DNA from: Candidatus Bathyarchaeota archaeon
Lineage (GTDB): Archaea; Thermoproteota; Bathyarchaeia; Bathyarchaeales; Bathycorpusculaceae
Assembly: GCA_963827165.1 (NCBI GenBank)
Contig: CAWGZR010000005.1
Location: forward strand, 736,001 to 800,000
Reading direction: 5' to 3'
Length of the DNA stretch: 64,000 nucleotides
Below the pieces are notes generated by a model, which saw only the letters and a list, made by a program, of their open reading frames with translations, was not told where the DNA came from and searched no databases. The stretch's first letter is position 1; each line of letters begins with the position of its first letter. Positions 47,275 to 56,678 of the stretch are shown here, one piece after another. The translations under genes were made by a program, and so were the position numbers.

Positions 47275-49599
47275 ATGGGGGAAGGAATTAAAGAACGACT
47301 AAGTAAAAGGCTAGCACCTTTCGGCAGACTGCGTCTCGAAGTAAGTCACGGCACAATAATTGCGTATTCCGCGCTAGCACTAATATTGTTTGTTTCGTTT
47401 ATTATCCGTATTTTACCGCTGCGCTGGGAAAACCTGACTTCGGGTGTAACAACACTCAACGAGTTTGACCCATACTATCAATTCACCGTGACGCAGTACA
47501 TGGTAACACACGGTTTACTTTCACCCTACTGGCCTTCACACTGGATAAATACTCAACTTTGGTATCCCTTCGGGCTCAACATGGCTACGGCGCTGCCTTC
47601 AATACCAATTACAGGGGCAGTAGCCTACGACGTTATCCACGCGCTCGGCGCCAACGTTAACATGATGACGCTTTGCGCATTGATTCCTCCTATAATCGGT
47701 GTAGTTTCAGTTTACGTGATGTATCTGCTGGGCAAAGACATCGGCGGAAGGGCAGTCGGCTTGTTTTCAGCACTTTTCATCGCGTTGGAACCATCAATCA
47801 TCGAAAGAACCTCGCTGGGTTTCTTCGATACGCAGGTCCCAGGCACGATTGGCCTGATACTTTTCGTGTTTTTGTTCCTCAGGTCAATTGACAACAACAA
47901 ATCCCTTCGGGCATCGATCTTGTACTCTTTAGGTGCGGCTGCAACCTTGGCCTATTTCATCGCAGGCTGGGGAGGAGCATACTACATGATTGACGCTACC
48001 GTCCTGTTCGTCTTCGTGATGCTACTGCTTAAACGATACAGTCAACGGCTACTCGTTAGCTACAGCATAACCTTCGGGTTAGCCCTTATGATTGCAACAA
48101 AAGTTCCCTATATGGGCTTAAGCTATCTGACTTCAGGAGCAGTTCTCCCCGTAGCTGCTGGATTCGTAATACTCCTAATTGCAGAGCTTCTACGCAACAA
48201 CATATCGCTAAGAAGCAAACTTACTATCTCAGTAACCGCGTTGGTTGTAATTGTGGGAGGGTTCAGCGCTTTAGTAGCAACCGGGCTTATCAACGGCAGC
48301 GGAATCACAGGGAAATTCGAAACGGTTATAGACCCCTTCATCAGGGCTTCTTCACCCATCATCAATTCAGTGGCTGAACAGCAAATTACCGCTTGGGGAA
48401 ACATTTACCTTGAACTAGGCGTCGGCATACTATTCTTCCTAGTCGGATTATACTTCATACTTAGAAACCCAACGACCAAAAACGTCTTCTTCATAGTTTT
48501 CGCGGTAACAGCACTTTTCTTCGCGGCATCCATGATTCGGTTACTCGCAATATTCGCTCCCGCCTTCGCCATAATAGCGGCAGTAGGCATCCTGAGCATA
48601 CTCAAACCATTCTACACACTGCTTAAGGAATCCCCACGCAGCCTTGCAAAGACAAAACGAAAGTTGGCACGCGTCAGCAAAGAATACAGCGGAATAGCAA
48701 TCTTCCTCATATTCCTGATCTTAGTAACCGAAGTGGCTTTCTCTCCGCAAACCGGAGGAATCCCAAGAGCCATCAACCAATCTTACATTCCTACAGCTCT
48801 TAGCGCATCAAGCCTTCCGATTGGCGGCTCAAGCCTCAGCGGACCCGTAACCGCATGGACATCCGCGTTAAGCTGGTTCCAAAGCAATACTCCAGCAAAT
48901 AGCGCTGCGGTCGCTTGGTGGGACTACGGCGACTGGCTAAGTGACATAGGAAACGTTACCACACTTTGCGATAACACAACCTATAACGCCACACAAATCG
49001 GCAACGTAGGCCTCATAATGATGGGCAACGAAAACCAATCCATGATGATGCTCAACCACTACGAGAACTACAATAATCCAGGCCGCGTCAACTACATCGT
49101 CGTGTTCCTAGTCTTGGCGATTCAGCAATCAAACGGCGGCAGCACAACCTACGTAGCAAGCCCCGCTGGATACGGAGATGAAGGCAAATTTGTCTGGATG
49201 GCAAGAATCTCAGGAACCTACGAGCAGGAATACATCAAAGACGGGTATATGGGCACAACTAACGGATTAACAGAATGGAAAGACGAAACATCATTTGGCA
49301 ACTACAGCTCAACCGGAGCATGGACATGGAATGATCAAGGAGAAAACTGCACCATCAACGAATTGATGTATGGAGCAGCTTCACAGTACACCTCACTGTT
49401 AACCCAAGCCGGATACAGCATCTCTTTAAGCTGGCAGGCATCATTGCCAAGCTACTTCACACCAGTAGACATCGCAGGCATAAGCACCTCACCATTCCAA
49501 TACGGTGGACTAGTACCATTAGTCGCAATCTACCAAGTAAACTATCCAGCATACTACGCAGCAACAGGGCAAACAGGCACAGGCGTCACTGTAGGCTAA
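47275..49599 (+). CDS. aglB: Oligosaccharyltransferase AglB/STT3
   Basis: EFDPYY, RT..GFFD, SVAE, WWDYG, DNTTYNAT and DEGK motifs; about 13 TM helices. Confidence 0.95.
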   Translation: MGEGIKERLSKRLAPFGRLRLEVSHGTIIAYSALALILFVSFIIRILPLRWENLTSGVTTLNEFDPYYQFTVTQYMVTHGLLSPYWPSHWINTQLWYPFGLNMATALPSIPITGAVAYDVIHALGANVNMMTLCALIPPIIGVVSVYVMYLLGKDIGGRAVGLFSALFIALEPSIIERTSLGFFDTQVPGTIGLILFVFLFLRSIDNNKSLRASILYSLGAAATLAYFIAGWGGAYYMIDATVLFVFVMLLLKRYSQRLLVSYSITFGLALMIATKVPYMGLSYLTSGAVLPVAAGFVILLIAELLRNNISLRSKLTISVTALVVIVGGFSALVATGLINGSGITGKFETVIDPFIRASSPIINSVAEQQITAWGNIYLELGVGILFFLVGLYFILRNPTTKNVFFIVFAVTALFFAASMIRLLAIFAPAFAIIAAVGILSILKPFYTLLKESPRSLAKTKRKLARVSKEYSGIAIFLIFLILVTEVAFSPQTGGIPRAINQSYIPTALSASSLPIGGSSLSGPVTAWTSALSWFQSNTPANSAAVAWWDYGDWLSDIGNVTTLCDNTTYNATQIGNVGLIMMGNENQSMMMLNHYENYNNPGRVNYIVVFLVLAIQQSNGGSTTYVASPAGYGDEGKFVWMARISGTYEQEYIKDGYMGTTNGLTEWKDETSFGNYSSTGAWTWNDQGENCTINELMYGAASQYTSLLTQAGYSISLSWQASLPSYFTPVDIAGISTSPFQYGGLVPLVAIYQVNYPAYYAATGQTGTGVTVG

Positions 49600-49621
49600 T
49601 GCGCATCGAGGAAGCGGCGCG

Positions 49622-50494
49622 GTGTTTCCAAAGGTTCCAGACCAACATAAACCCGGGAATCCCCCTGTTTCAAATGGCTTAGGCGTTTCTTACGTCCTAT
49701 TTGCCACAGTTTATCTTTTTCTTCTTTACTTCCTTGGATTCATAAAAAATCCCGCAGGTGTTTCAGCGCCAATTTCAGCCCCTTTGATCTTGGCTGCCTG
49801 CATCCTTTTCGGTGGCTTCATGGGTTTGCTTGACGACTGGATGGATCTTAAATGGCGCTACAAAGCGTTTATGCCTTTGATCGCTGCTCTGCCGCTCATT
49901 TACTACGCGAAGGAAGTGGGTGCAAGAACGACGCTGTTTTTGCCATACATTACTACTCTTCATCTGGGCACAGTTTACTTCTACGTTATTATTCCCGTGA
50001 TCGTGATGATAGTTACAAACTCTGTGAACATGCTTGGCGGATTGAACGGCTTAGAAACAATTTGTCCAGCTATCGTTATAATCGGTTTAATGGCCCTTTC
50101 ATCATCATACCTTCTGATGGTTGGACCCCTACTATTCTGGCTCGTGCTCGCATACTTTAATTTTAAAGGAAAAATCTTCGTTGGAAACTCCGGTTCTTTT
50201 GCTATAGGGATGACCATAGCATCGTTTGCAGTAATCTCAGATTTGAAGCTCAGTTTGCTCATAGCGATTCTGCCTTACATCTTCAATTCATCGCTGATTC
50301 TTCTGTCGATTTTCTTTACGCGGCAAAGAGCCAAGGTTAACTTTGACGGAACCAAACTTTGCTCCGACCACCGAAGAAGCCTAATCACCCTGATTACTTA
50401 CCATCGCCCCATGTCTGAGAAACAAGTGGTTAGAATAATAGCTTTGATAGTTGCAGTTTTCACCGTGCTTGCAGTGGCCAGCCAACTATATTGA
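49622..50494 (+). CDS. aglH: UDP-GlcNAc:polyprenyl/dolichyl-phosphate GlcNAc-1-P transferase (AglH/Alg7/MraY family)
   Basis: D.HKP..P, GLLDDW, NSVNMLGGLNGLE and KIFVGNSG motifs; immediately after aglB. Confidence 0.8.
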   Translation: MFPKVPDQHKPGNPPVSNGLGVSYVLFATVYLFLLYFLGFIKNPAGVSAPISAPLILAACILFGGFMGLLDDWMDLKWRYKAFMPLIAALPLIYYAKEVGARTTLFLPYITTLHLGTVYFYVIIPVIVMIVTNSVNMLGGLNGLETICPAIVIIGLMALSSSYLLMVGPLLFWLVLAYFNFKGKIFVGNSGSFAIGMTIASFAVISDLKLSLLIAILPYIFNSSLILLSIFFTRQRAKVNFDGTKLCSDHRRSLITLITYHRPMSEKQVVRIIALIVAVFTVLAVASQLY

Positions 50495-53230
50495 TTAGGC
50501 CAAGAAACTTTCAAGCTTCGTTAACCCGATGATCTCCTCAAAACTCAAGCCCAACGCGTCTAGCACCTGGTCAAAAGTAGACTGTAAGTACGCGATGTAC
50601 TTATCCACATCCACCTCGTTTCTCGACGTTAACTCCACCGGTTTTACGCCTGCATTTACATCATCTAAGGACCCTCTTGAAGATGATTTAAGCACCTTAA
50701 CAAAACTTATCTGGTCGCCTGCTCTTAGTTCCTTGCCGCTTTTCTGCAGAATCCTTGCAGCTTTAACGTGCTGCGGAGTAGTTTTCGTGTAACTAGACAG
50801 TTCATCACCCAAAACCATGTGAAACGCAAGCTCATTGATGTCAGCCCAGTCTCTCCGTTTAAGTTTCTGGTATCGCGCACGGATTATTTCTGCTATTTCT
50901 TTTTTGGCTTTTTCGAAATCTTCGGGGTTTTTGACTTTTGCAAGTTTTTCTTTCATTTTGTTGAATGCGTCTTTTATGAAGATGGGGATGTGTTTTTTCT
51001 TTCCAGTTAACCCTTTAACGTCAACTGTGCCGTCTTCCAAGACACCAAGATAATTCTTTTTGCGTGAACTGAAAACTGCGTAACGGTAAACTTTGTCAAC
51101 ATCTATACCCATGCTAAGTTCGTGCTCTGTGTAGTGAACTAACTCTTCAATTTGCTCTTTAGATGGGTTTTTGAGGAATAAGCTGTCAGTGTCTCCGTAG
51201 AGAACCTGGATGCCTAGCGACTCAGCGTGTTCGATGATGTGTGTGATGGAGTATCTTCCTATGGCTGCCGTGGCTTCGGCTACGGGTGGACAGTAAAGGT
51301 CAAAGCTGTCGGCTCCAAAAACGCCGTAGCTGGCGTTTAATATGACTTTAAGTGCGCCTTGGGTGATGTTGTACCAACTTCGCAGTTCAGGCGGCAATGA
51401 TTTGTCTTTTGAACGCTGCTTGTACCATTGCACTCGTAAATCCCGCAGTGACCCGATGAGCAAGCTTTCCAATGCTCGTTTCTCAGTGCAAACCCAATGA
51501 GGCGTGTCGGGTATCATGCGGCGTTTGCACTCGTTATGTTGACAGTCGATGGACTGGTACCCGAGGTTCCAAACCTTGATTATTGAAGGGTACAGGCTTG
51601 GAAAGTCCATTACTGAAACATTGAAGTGAACTCCTGGTGTCGGTTCAACAACTATGGCACCTTTGTATTTTTTCCCTTTTATGGTGGCTGTGGACGAAGT
51701 TTTGCCCTTCTTTGTGAGAATATCCTCGGCATTTGGAATCAGCATGTTCTTTCTTCGATGTTCACGATGCATGAAGTTGCGTATCCAACGGCTTACGCCT
51801 TGGCGGCTTACGTCCTCCATGGGCATGCTAGCTATTCGTGCCAGCACAAGAATCAGCTTCATCGCGGAATCGTTTTCGAAACTTGTCAGTTTGTAGGTTA
51901 TTTCTGAGTCTCGAAGACAATAAGCCGCAAGTTCAGAGTATGTCAAGTCCCCGAAGGCTTTTTCTAAATGTATTTTTTCGACGCCGAGGAGTGCGTTGCT
52001 GACGTCGTTGAGGGTTACGTCTCTGTAACGGTTGCCGTAAGCGTAGATTTGAACTGAACGGTTGAAGAAGAACTTGTACAGGTCAATATGGACGCCGTAT
52101 TTGAGCAGGCAGACGCGTTTTCCTACATCGATTGGAATCTCACTTCGGTTAAATCCCAGATTCATAGCCCGATGAGTAAGGTATCGGAGGTCAAAGTCAT
52201 CTCCGTTGAAAGTCAAGATGAACGGGTAATCCATCAAGACATCGAATGTTTTTCTAAGTAGGTCCCCCTCGGTTTCGCAGTACTCAACCGTTATGTCCGC
52301 AGCTAAACGATGACTACCTTCCCGCATCCCTTCGCGCTTCAGAACAAGAACCCGTTTCTCATCGTCTGAACCGTAAATTGACACGGCGATAACGGGGCAC
52401 GCGCCTTCCCTTGCATCAGGCATCCTTGTTGACAGAGGCGAATAGACTTCGATGTCTATAGCGGCTCGGCGAAATTTGGGGGCAGGGTACTCCAGAAGTC
52501 TTGCCCACATCTCCGCGTATTCGCGTTCTTCTTCGGTGCATTCTTTGAACAGACCTCTTATTTGGTTCAGGTTCTCGGTAGCTTCTTCAAACTCTGTTGA
52601 GACAAGGTTGCCGTCCTTAACTTCGTAAATCATGCCTGGCAGCAACTGTCGGTCGTAAATGTATGATTGATAATACTTTATTTTTGACTCCCAAACTTTT
52701 GTGTCGCTATCCGAAATGTTGCATCCACAAACTCTCGGGTAATCTTCAGGAATTATATCCCTAATCGTACCCGTCGGTCTACCTCCAATAGCCAAAGGAT
52801 CCTTCGCCACGATCTTGACTAAGTCAACAACTCTGTTTCCCAAGGGATCGTACTTTTTTAGTTTTTCAAAACCGTAAAAGCCCTCATGGTTCACTATCCG
52901 ATCGAATTTTCGTAATTTATCCACAGTCAAGTTTGTCAAGCAGTAGGGTTTGTGATCAGTGTTGTCGTACCAAAAATAAATCTGTTCAGATTCTGGCTCG
53001 TAAAGCTTAATGACGACTTTCTTTTGGCGCCCATCATAAGTTGCAGAGACAAAGTATGACGCATGAAGATTCTGAGGCGCTAAGGGCGGAAAACTGCGCG
53101 GTTTTCTCTTTTGCTTGACTTCTTGGCGACTTGGGGCATCCGACGGCGCCGCAGCTTCCACTTTAGCCTCCACTTTAGGAAGAGCCTTAGCTGGTTCACT
53201 GATACAGTAATCTAAGAGGGTGCGCCCCAT
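50495..53230 (-). CDS. polB1: Family B DNA polymerase, PolB1 type
   Basis: DIEV and FNGDDFD exonuclease motifs, DFPSLYPSII, KVILNASYG and YGDTDS; crenarchaeal PolB1-style N-terminus (YDG...KLY...HKPY). Confidence 0.93.
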   Translation of the reverse strand: MGRTLLDYCISEPAKALPKVEAKVEAAAPSDAPSRQEVKQKRKPRSFPPLAPQNLHASYFVSATYDGRQKKVVIKLYEPESEQIYFWYDNTDHKPYCLTNLTVDKLRKFDRIVNHEGFYGFEKLKKYDPLGNRVVDLVKIVAKDPLAIGGRPTGTIRDIIPEDYPRVCGCNISDSDTKVWESKIKYYQSYIYDRQLLPGMIYEVKDGNLVSTEFEEATENLNQIRGLFKECTEEEREYAEMWARLLEYPAPKFRRAAIDIEVYSPLSTRMPDAREGACPVIAVSIYGSDDEKRVLVLKREGMREGSHRLAADITVEYCETEGDLLRKTFDVLMDYPFILTFNGDDFDLRYLTHRAMNLGFNRSEIPIDVGKRVCLLKYGVHIDLYKFFFNRSVQIYAYGNRYRDVTLNDVSNALLGVEKIHLEKAFGDLTYSELAAYCLRDSEITYKLTSFENDSAMKLILVLARIASMPMEDVSRQGVSRWIRNFMHREHRRKNMLIPNAEDILTKKGKTSSTATIKGKKYKGAIVVEPTPGVHFNVSVMDFPSLYPSIIKVWNLGYQSIDCQHNECKRRMIPDTPHWVCTEKRALESLLIGSLRDLRVQWYKQRSKDKSLPPELRSWYNITQGALKVILNASYGVFGADSFDLYCPPVAEATAAIGRYSITHIIEHAESLGIQVLYGDTDSLFLKNPSKEQIEELVHYTEHELSMGIDVDKVYRYAVFSSRKKNYLGVLEDGTVDVKGLTGKKKHIPIFIKDAFNKMKEKLAKVKNPEDFEKAKKEIAEIIRARYQKLKRRDWADINELAFHMVLGDELSSYTKTTPQHVKAARILQKSGKELRAGDQISFVKVLKSSSRGSLDDVNAGVKPVELTSRNEVDVDKYIAYLQSTFDQVLDALGLSFEEIIGLTKLESFLA

Positions 53231-53337
53231 CCCATTCTCCTACTCTCTTTCTAGGTACATTTGAGACTAAAATCTTTAGTGACTACAAAACAATGTTTTG
53301 CCCTTCAAGGGGGGTGATCAAGAAAAATTGCGGGTTT

Positions 53338-53490
53338 CTATGCGAGTTTCCATGCATTTGTCATGTTGGGTTCATGCTTTCTGAAGATGTGGCTGTCGAC
53401 TGATTTTTTGTTGTCGAATATTTCGCCGCATTCGGGGCACATGTACTGGCCTGCTTTGGTCTTGGAGGTGATTTTGCGCATTTGACTCAT
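53338..53490 (-). CDS. 50-aa classical C2H2 zinc-finger microprotein (not in the ORF track)
   Basis: MSQMRKITSKTKAGQYMCPECGEIFDNKKSVDSHIFRKHEPNMTNAWKLA*; fits Y-x-C-x2-C-x3-F-x8-H-x4-H. Confidence 0.78.
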   Translation of the reverse strand: MSQMRKITSKTKAGQYMCPECGEIFDNKKSVDSHIFRKHEPNMTNAWKLA

Positions 53491-53675
53491 AAGTCCGCTC
53501 ACTCAAATCAACAATAAGACAAAGCGTGCATAAACCGCTGTGTGCAGATTCCAAGTTACGCACTGAAGCCGCCAATCTGTTTGCATTGACAACCGCGACA
53601 AAAGCACATTGGCGATTTTCTCAGCAAGAATCAAGTTTTTTTTTGCAACAAAACCCTATTAATTAATGTGGTTTT

Positions 53676-54171
53676 TTACCAAGGATTCTTTTTCAGTTTC
53701 AATTTGTAGGCTAAGTAGTTTGTGAACAGATGAATAGGCGGAGTAATCAGCAGGACCGTGACTGCCTAGTTGCCAACTTACGATTGCTAAAGGAAGCGCA
53801 AACACAACTGCCCCAACTACAAAATCGATTTGGTCAACAATAGGCAGTAACCCGCCAGGCGCGATTCCAATTCTTCTCTTCAGAAAAGCGCCTGTCAAAT
53901 CGCCGAGTAACGCTCCTAAAGGAATTAGGAAAGCAAATAAAATTGGGAAATGAAAAGCCACAACCTCCATCGCGCCGACCAATAAGCCGATAGCGAGACC
54001 AAAAAAGAACCCTCTGAAAGTTTTGTTGTTGCCAAAAACTCGTTTACCGTCGAAAAAGTTTTTGCCAAAATCCATCTTCGTTCCGCCCCCTGCAAGCACC
54101 GGCGTGGCGTTCGCACAGTAGGCTGGAAAAATAAATTTCAGTGCATTAACGACTAGCAGGGCTATACTCAT
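53676..54171 (-). CDS. carS: CDP-archaeol synthase CarS with an apparent 1-nt frameshift at about 53765
   Basis: PAY.AN..P, D.G..DGKR..G..KT.RG, GDL..AF.KRR and DQ.D motifs. The conserved tail ITPPIHLFTNYLAYKLKLKKNPW* lies in a shifted frame. Confidence 0.88.
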
Positions 54172-54187
54172 GTGGCTTCAACCGTCA

Positions 54188-54886
54188 TTATTCTCGGATT
54201 TGAGTATCTTGTATTCCAGATTCGAGTATTTGTACATAACAGCTGATTTCTTGAGTGTTTCTCGGCGACTTTTCGATAACGACTTTCATAGTTTGGGGGT
54301 ACTCGGTTGGTTTCAAAAAGATTATGGTATCCGCCCAGAATTTCGTGACTCTGTTGGCGACTGGTGCAACAGTAGCGGTTTCGCTATCAAAAACGCTTCT
54401 GACTTGGCTAAGCACAATCACCGGAATTTTTCGAATTTTCGCGGTTTGCGCCAAAATCGCCAATTGCCGGTTTAACTCACGGTTGAGGCTGAAAGCTTTG
54501 CTCGAACGCTCAGCAACTTCTGCACCGTACAATGAAGTCAAAGTGTCAATTATTATTAACCCAAAGTTCTTCTCCGTGTAATCTTGAATGCAGTCAACAA
54601 CAGCTGTCTGTTCACGGAAATCTTTGGGTTTAATCAAAATGACTTGTTTAGCAACCTGGTCAAAGCTTTCTTTTGAAATCTGTGCCATTCTTTTTGTGGA
54701 GAAGGTGTTCTCGCAGTCAACAAAGAGGATTTTATAGTTTTGTAGTGCGCAGTTAACGGCGCATTGAATGGCGAGCGTTGTTTTTCCTGTTTCAGGTTCA
54801 CCGTAGATTAAAACTACGTTTTCGGGTAAGATTCCTCCGCCGATGTTGTCGTCGATGCATTTGCAGCCCGTGCTGATTGTGACCAT
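54188..54886 (-). CDS. radB: RadB-like RecA-family ATPase
   Basis: ISTGC..ID..IGGG, YGEPETGKT, IIDT and SQVRS motifs; no RadA N-terminal domain. ATG at 54886. Confidence 0.8.
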   Translation of the reverse strand: MVTISTGCKCIDDNIGGGILPENVVLIYGEPETGKTTLAIQCAVNCALQNYKILFVDCENTFSTKRMAQISKESFDQVAKQVILIKPKDFREQTAVVDCIQDYTEKNFGLIIIDTLTSLYGAEVAERSSKAFSLNRELNRQLAILAQTAKIRKIPVIVLSQVRSVFDSETATVAPVANRVTKFWADTIIFLKPTEYPQTMKVVIEKSPRNTQEISCYVQILESGIQDTQIRE

Positions 54887-54961
54887 TTTATACCCAACTT
54901 TATTAAACTTGAAACTAGTAATGTGTTTTGCACTTAAACGTATACTATAAGGTTTGATTGG

Positions 54962-55609
54962 GTGAAGGAAAAAGTTGCGGTTGCAACGGTAAAAGGGAAA
55001 GCTTACTTTCTGATCGTTAATCAGCTGCAAGAACATTGCATACCCTTCTTAAATTTGGTTCCAGGCGAATCAGTGCCTTCAGAAATCAAAGTTGTAATTA
55101 CAACCGAAAACGAACGGGGCTTGATCAACCATGAAAAAATTCTCGTCTTGCCCAAAGATGACGAACTGGACGTTCTGCTGGATGAGGTAAAGCGAATTAT
55201 TCTTGGGAAAGAGGCTTACGAAAAAATAATAGCAGGCGTTGACCCAGGACAAGCAATAGGGTTAGCGGTAATCGCAGACGGAAAAGTCATCGAGGAAAAC
55301 AACTGTTTTAGCCCGCACGAATTAGCGATTGACCTGCTTAAAATAGTCAAAAATGTTAATTTTTCCTTGACGAATGTATCGGTCAAAATCGGTGACGGAG
55401 TTCCCATCTACCAGGAAATAGTTGAAAACTTGGATGAAGCACTTCCTCGGCAGGTTGCGCTTGAAATTGTAAACGAAACGGGAACTAACCGACCACTGAA
55501 AGAAAATAAGCGCAGCCGAAAAATCAGACATATTTCTTCAGCTAAGCGAATAGCTGAGAGAACAGGCTACTTTGTTCCAAGGAGGAAAACGCTTGCAACA
55601 GACAGTTGA
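54962..55609 (+). CDS. Hypothetical protein with RNase H-fold (YqgF/Tex-like) domain
   Basis: GVDPG..IGLAV, KIGDG, VNE.GT and SA..IA pattern. Confidence 0.55.
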   Translation: MKEKVAVATVKGKAYFLIVNQLQEHCIPFLNLVPGESVPSEIKVVITTENERGLINHEKILVLPKDDELDVLLDEVKRIILGKEAYEKIIAGVDPGQAIGLAVIADGKVIEENNCFSPHELAIDLLKIVKNVNFSLTNVSVKIGDGVPIYQEIVENLDEALPRQVALEIVNETGTNRPLKENKRSRKIRHISSAKRIAERTGYFVPRRKTLATDS

Positions 55610-56678
55610 CCCAAATAAGACGTTACTGGTAAACGGTCCAGCCTCGGTCAAGGTAGATTCAGGCAAAGCCGAAGTTTTCGGCTGCCAAGTTAAGATGTCT
55701 CAAAGGGTCGTTGTGAGGGAAGGAAAGCGGCTGCCCTTTTTCGTGCTTGAAAAAGCGGTGTTTAATATATCGTTAGGCCCAAACGCCGCAGTGGAAGAGG
55801 CCGCCGGGAGTACAATCCCTAATTCATGGAGTAAACCCATTGACTCAATCTTTGCGGTACAACATAAACCTGCGGTTGTTTTGGTTTTAGGAAAAATCGA
55901 CTCTGGAAAAAGCAGTTACTGTACTTACCTATTAAATAAGCTGGTGGATGGCAAACGAAGAGTTGCTATTTTAGACGGCGATTTAGGGCAATCAGACATT
56001 GGCTCCGCAGGAACCGTCAGCTACGCTATAGCTTCCAAACCTATATCGGAATTGTACGATTTGAAACTTGAGAACGCTTTTTTCGTTGGTGTCACGTCGC
56101 CGATAATGGCGATTGCCACGGTGATTGAAGGATTGGCTGTAATGAAAACTGAAATTCTGCAGAAATCTGTAGATTTCGTGGTAGTCAACACGGACGGCTG
56201 GGTTGAAGGCGAAATTGCAGTGCAGTACAAAACGTCCTTAGTTAGGGAACTAAAACCCGACATTATTGTCGCAGTTCAAGCTGGGGATGAACTTGCCGGG
56301 TTGATAGGCAATATAGGACAGACAGTGCTCTCAGTTGAGCTTTCTTCATCTCTTAACGAAAGAACCATGGAAAAGCGCAAAAGCCTAAGGGAAATGACGT
56401 ATGCACGATACCTTAAAGACGCAAAACTCCAAAACTACCCACTAAGTCAGGTGACACTTGAACCCACGGGTGCCCTTCCCAAGAATCAAGCGCCTGAGAA
56501 AGGACTGCTTCTCGGATTGTATGGTTCAGGAAACAATTTCCTCGGAATCGGAGTTTTACGTGAAATAAATCAGTTACGACGAGCACTAAAGGTGCAAACG
56601 GCTATTTCAGAAAAGCCCAAAAGAATTGTCATAGGTAAAGTTTGTTTAGATGAGAAACTACGGGAAATTCAAGACTGA
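55593..56678 (+). CDS. Clp1/Nol9-family polynucleotide 5'-kinase
   Basis: GKIDSGKS, DGDLGQSD, NTDGW and R...RE motifs; N-terminal beta domain (LLVNGPASV). Confidence 0.85.
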   Translation: MQQTVDPNKTLLVNGPASVKVDSGKAEVFGCQVKMSQRVVVREGKRLPFFVLEKAVFNISLGPNAAVEEAAGSTIPNSWSKPIDSIFAVQHKPAVVLVLGKIDSGKSSYCTYLLNKLVDGKRRVAILDGDLGQSDIGSAGTVSYAIASKPISELYDLKLENAFFVGVTSPIMAIATVIEGLAVMKTEILQKSVDFVVVNTDGWVEGEIAVQYKTSLVRELKPDIIVAVQAGDELAGLIGNIGQTVLSVELSSSLNERTMEKRKSLREMTYARYLKDAKLQNYPLSQVTLEPTGALPKNQAPEKGLLLGLYGSGNNFLGIGVLREINQLRRALKVQTAISEKPKRIVIGKVCLDEKLREIQD

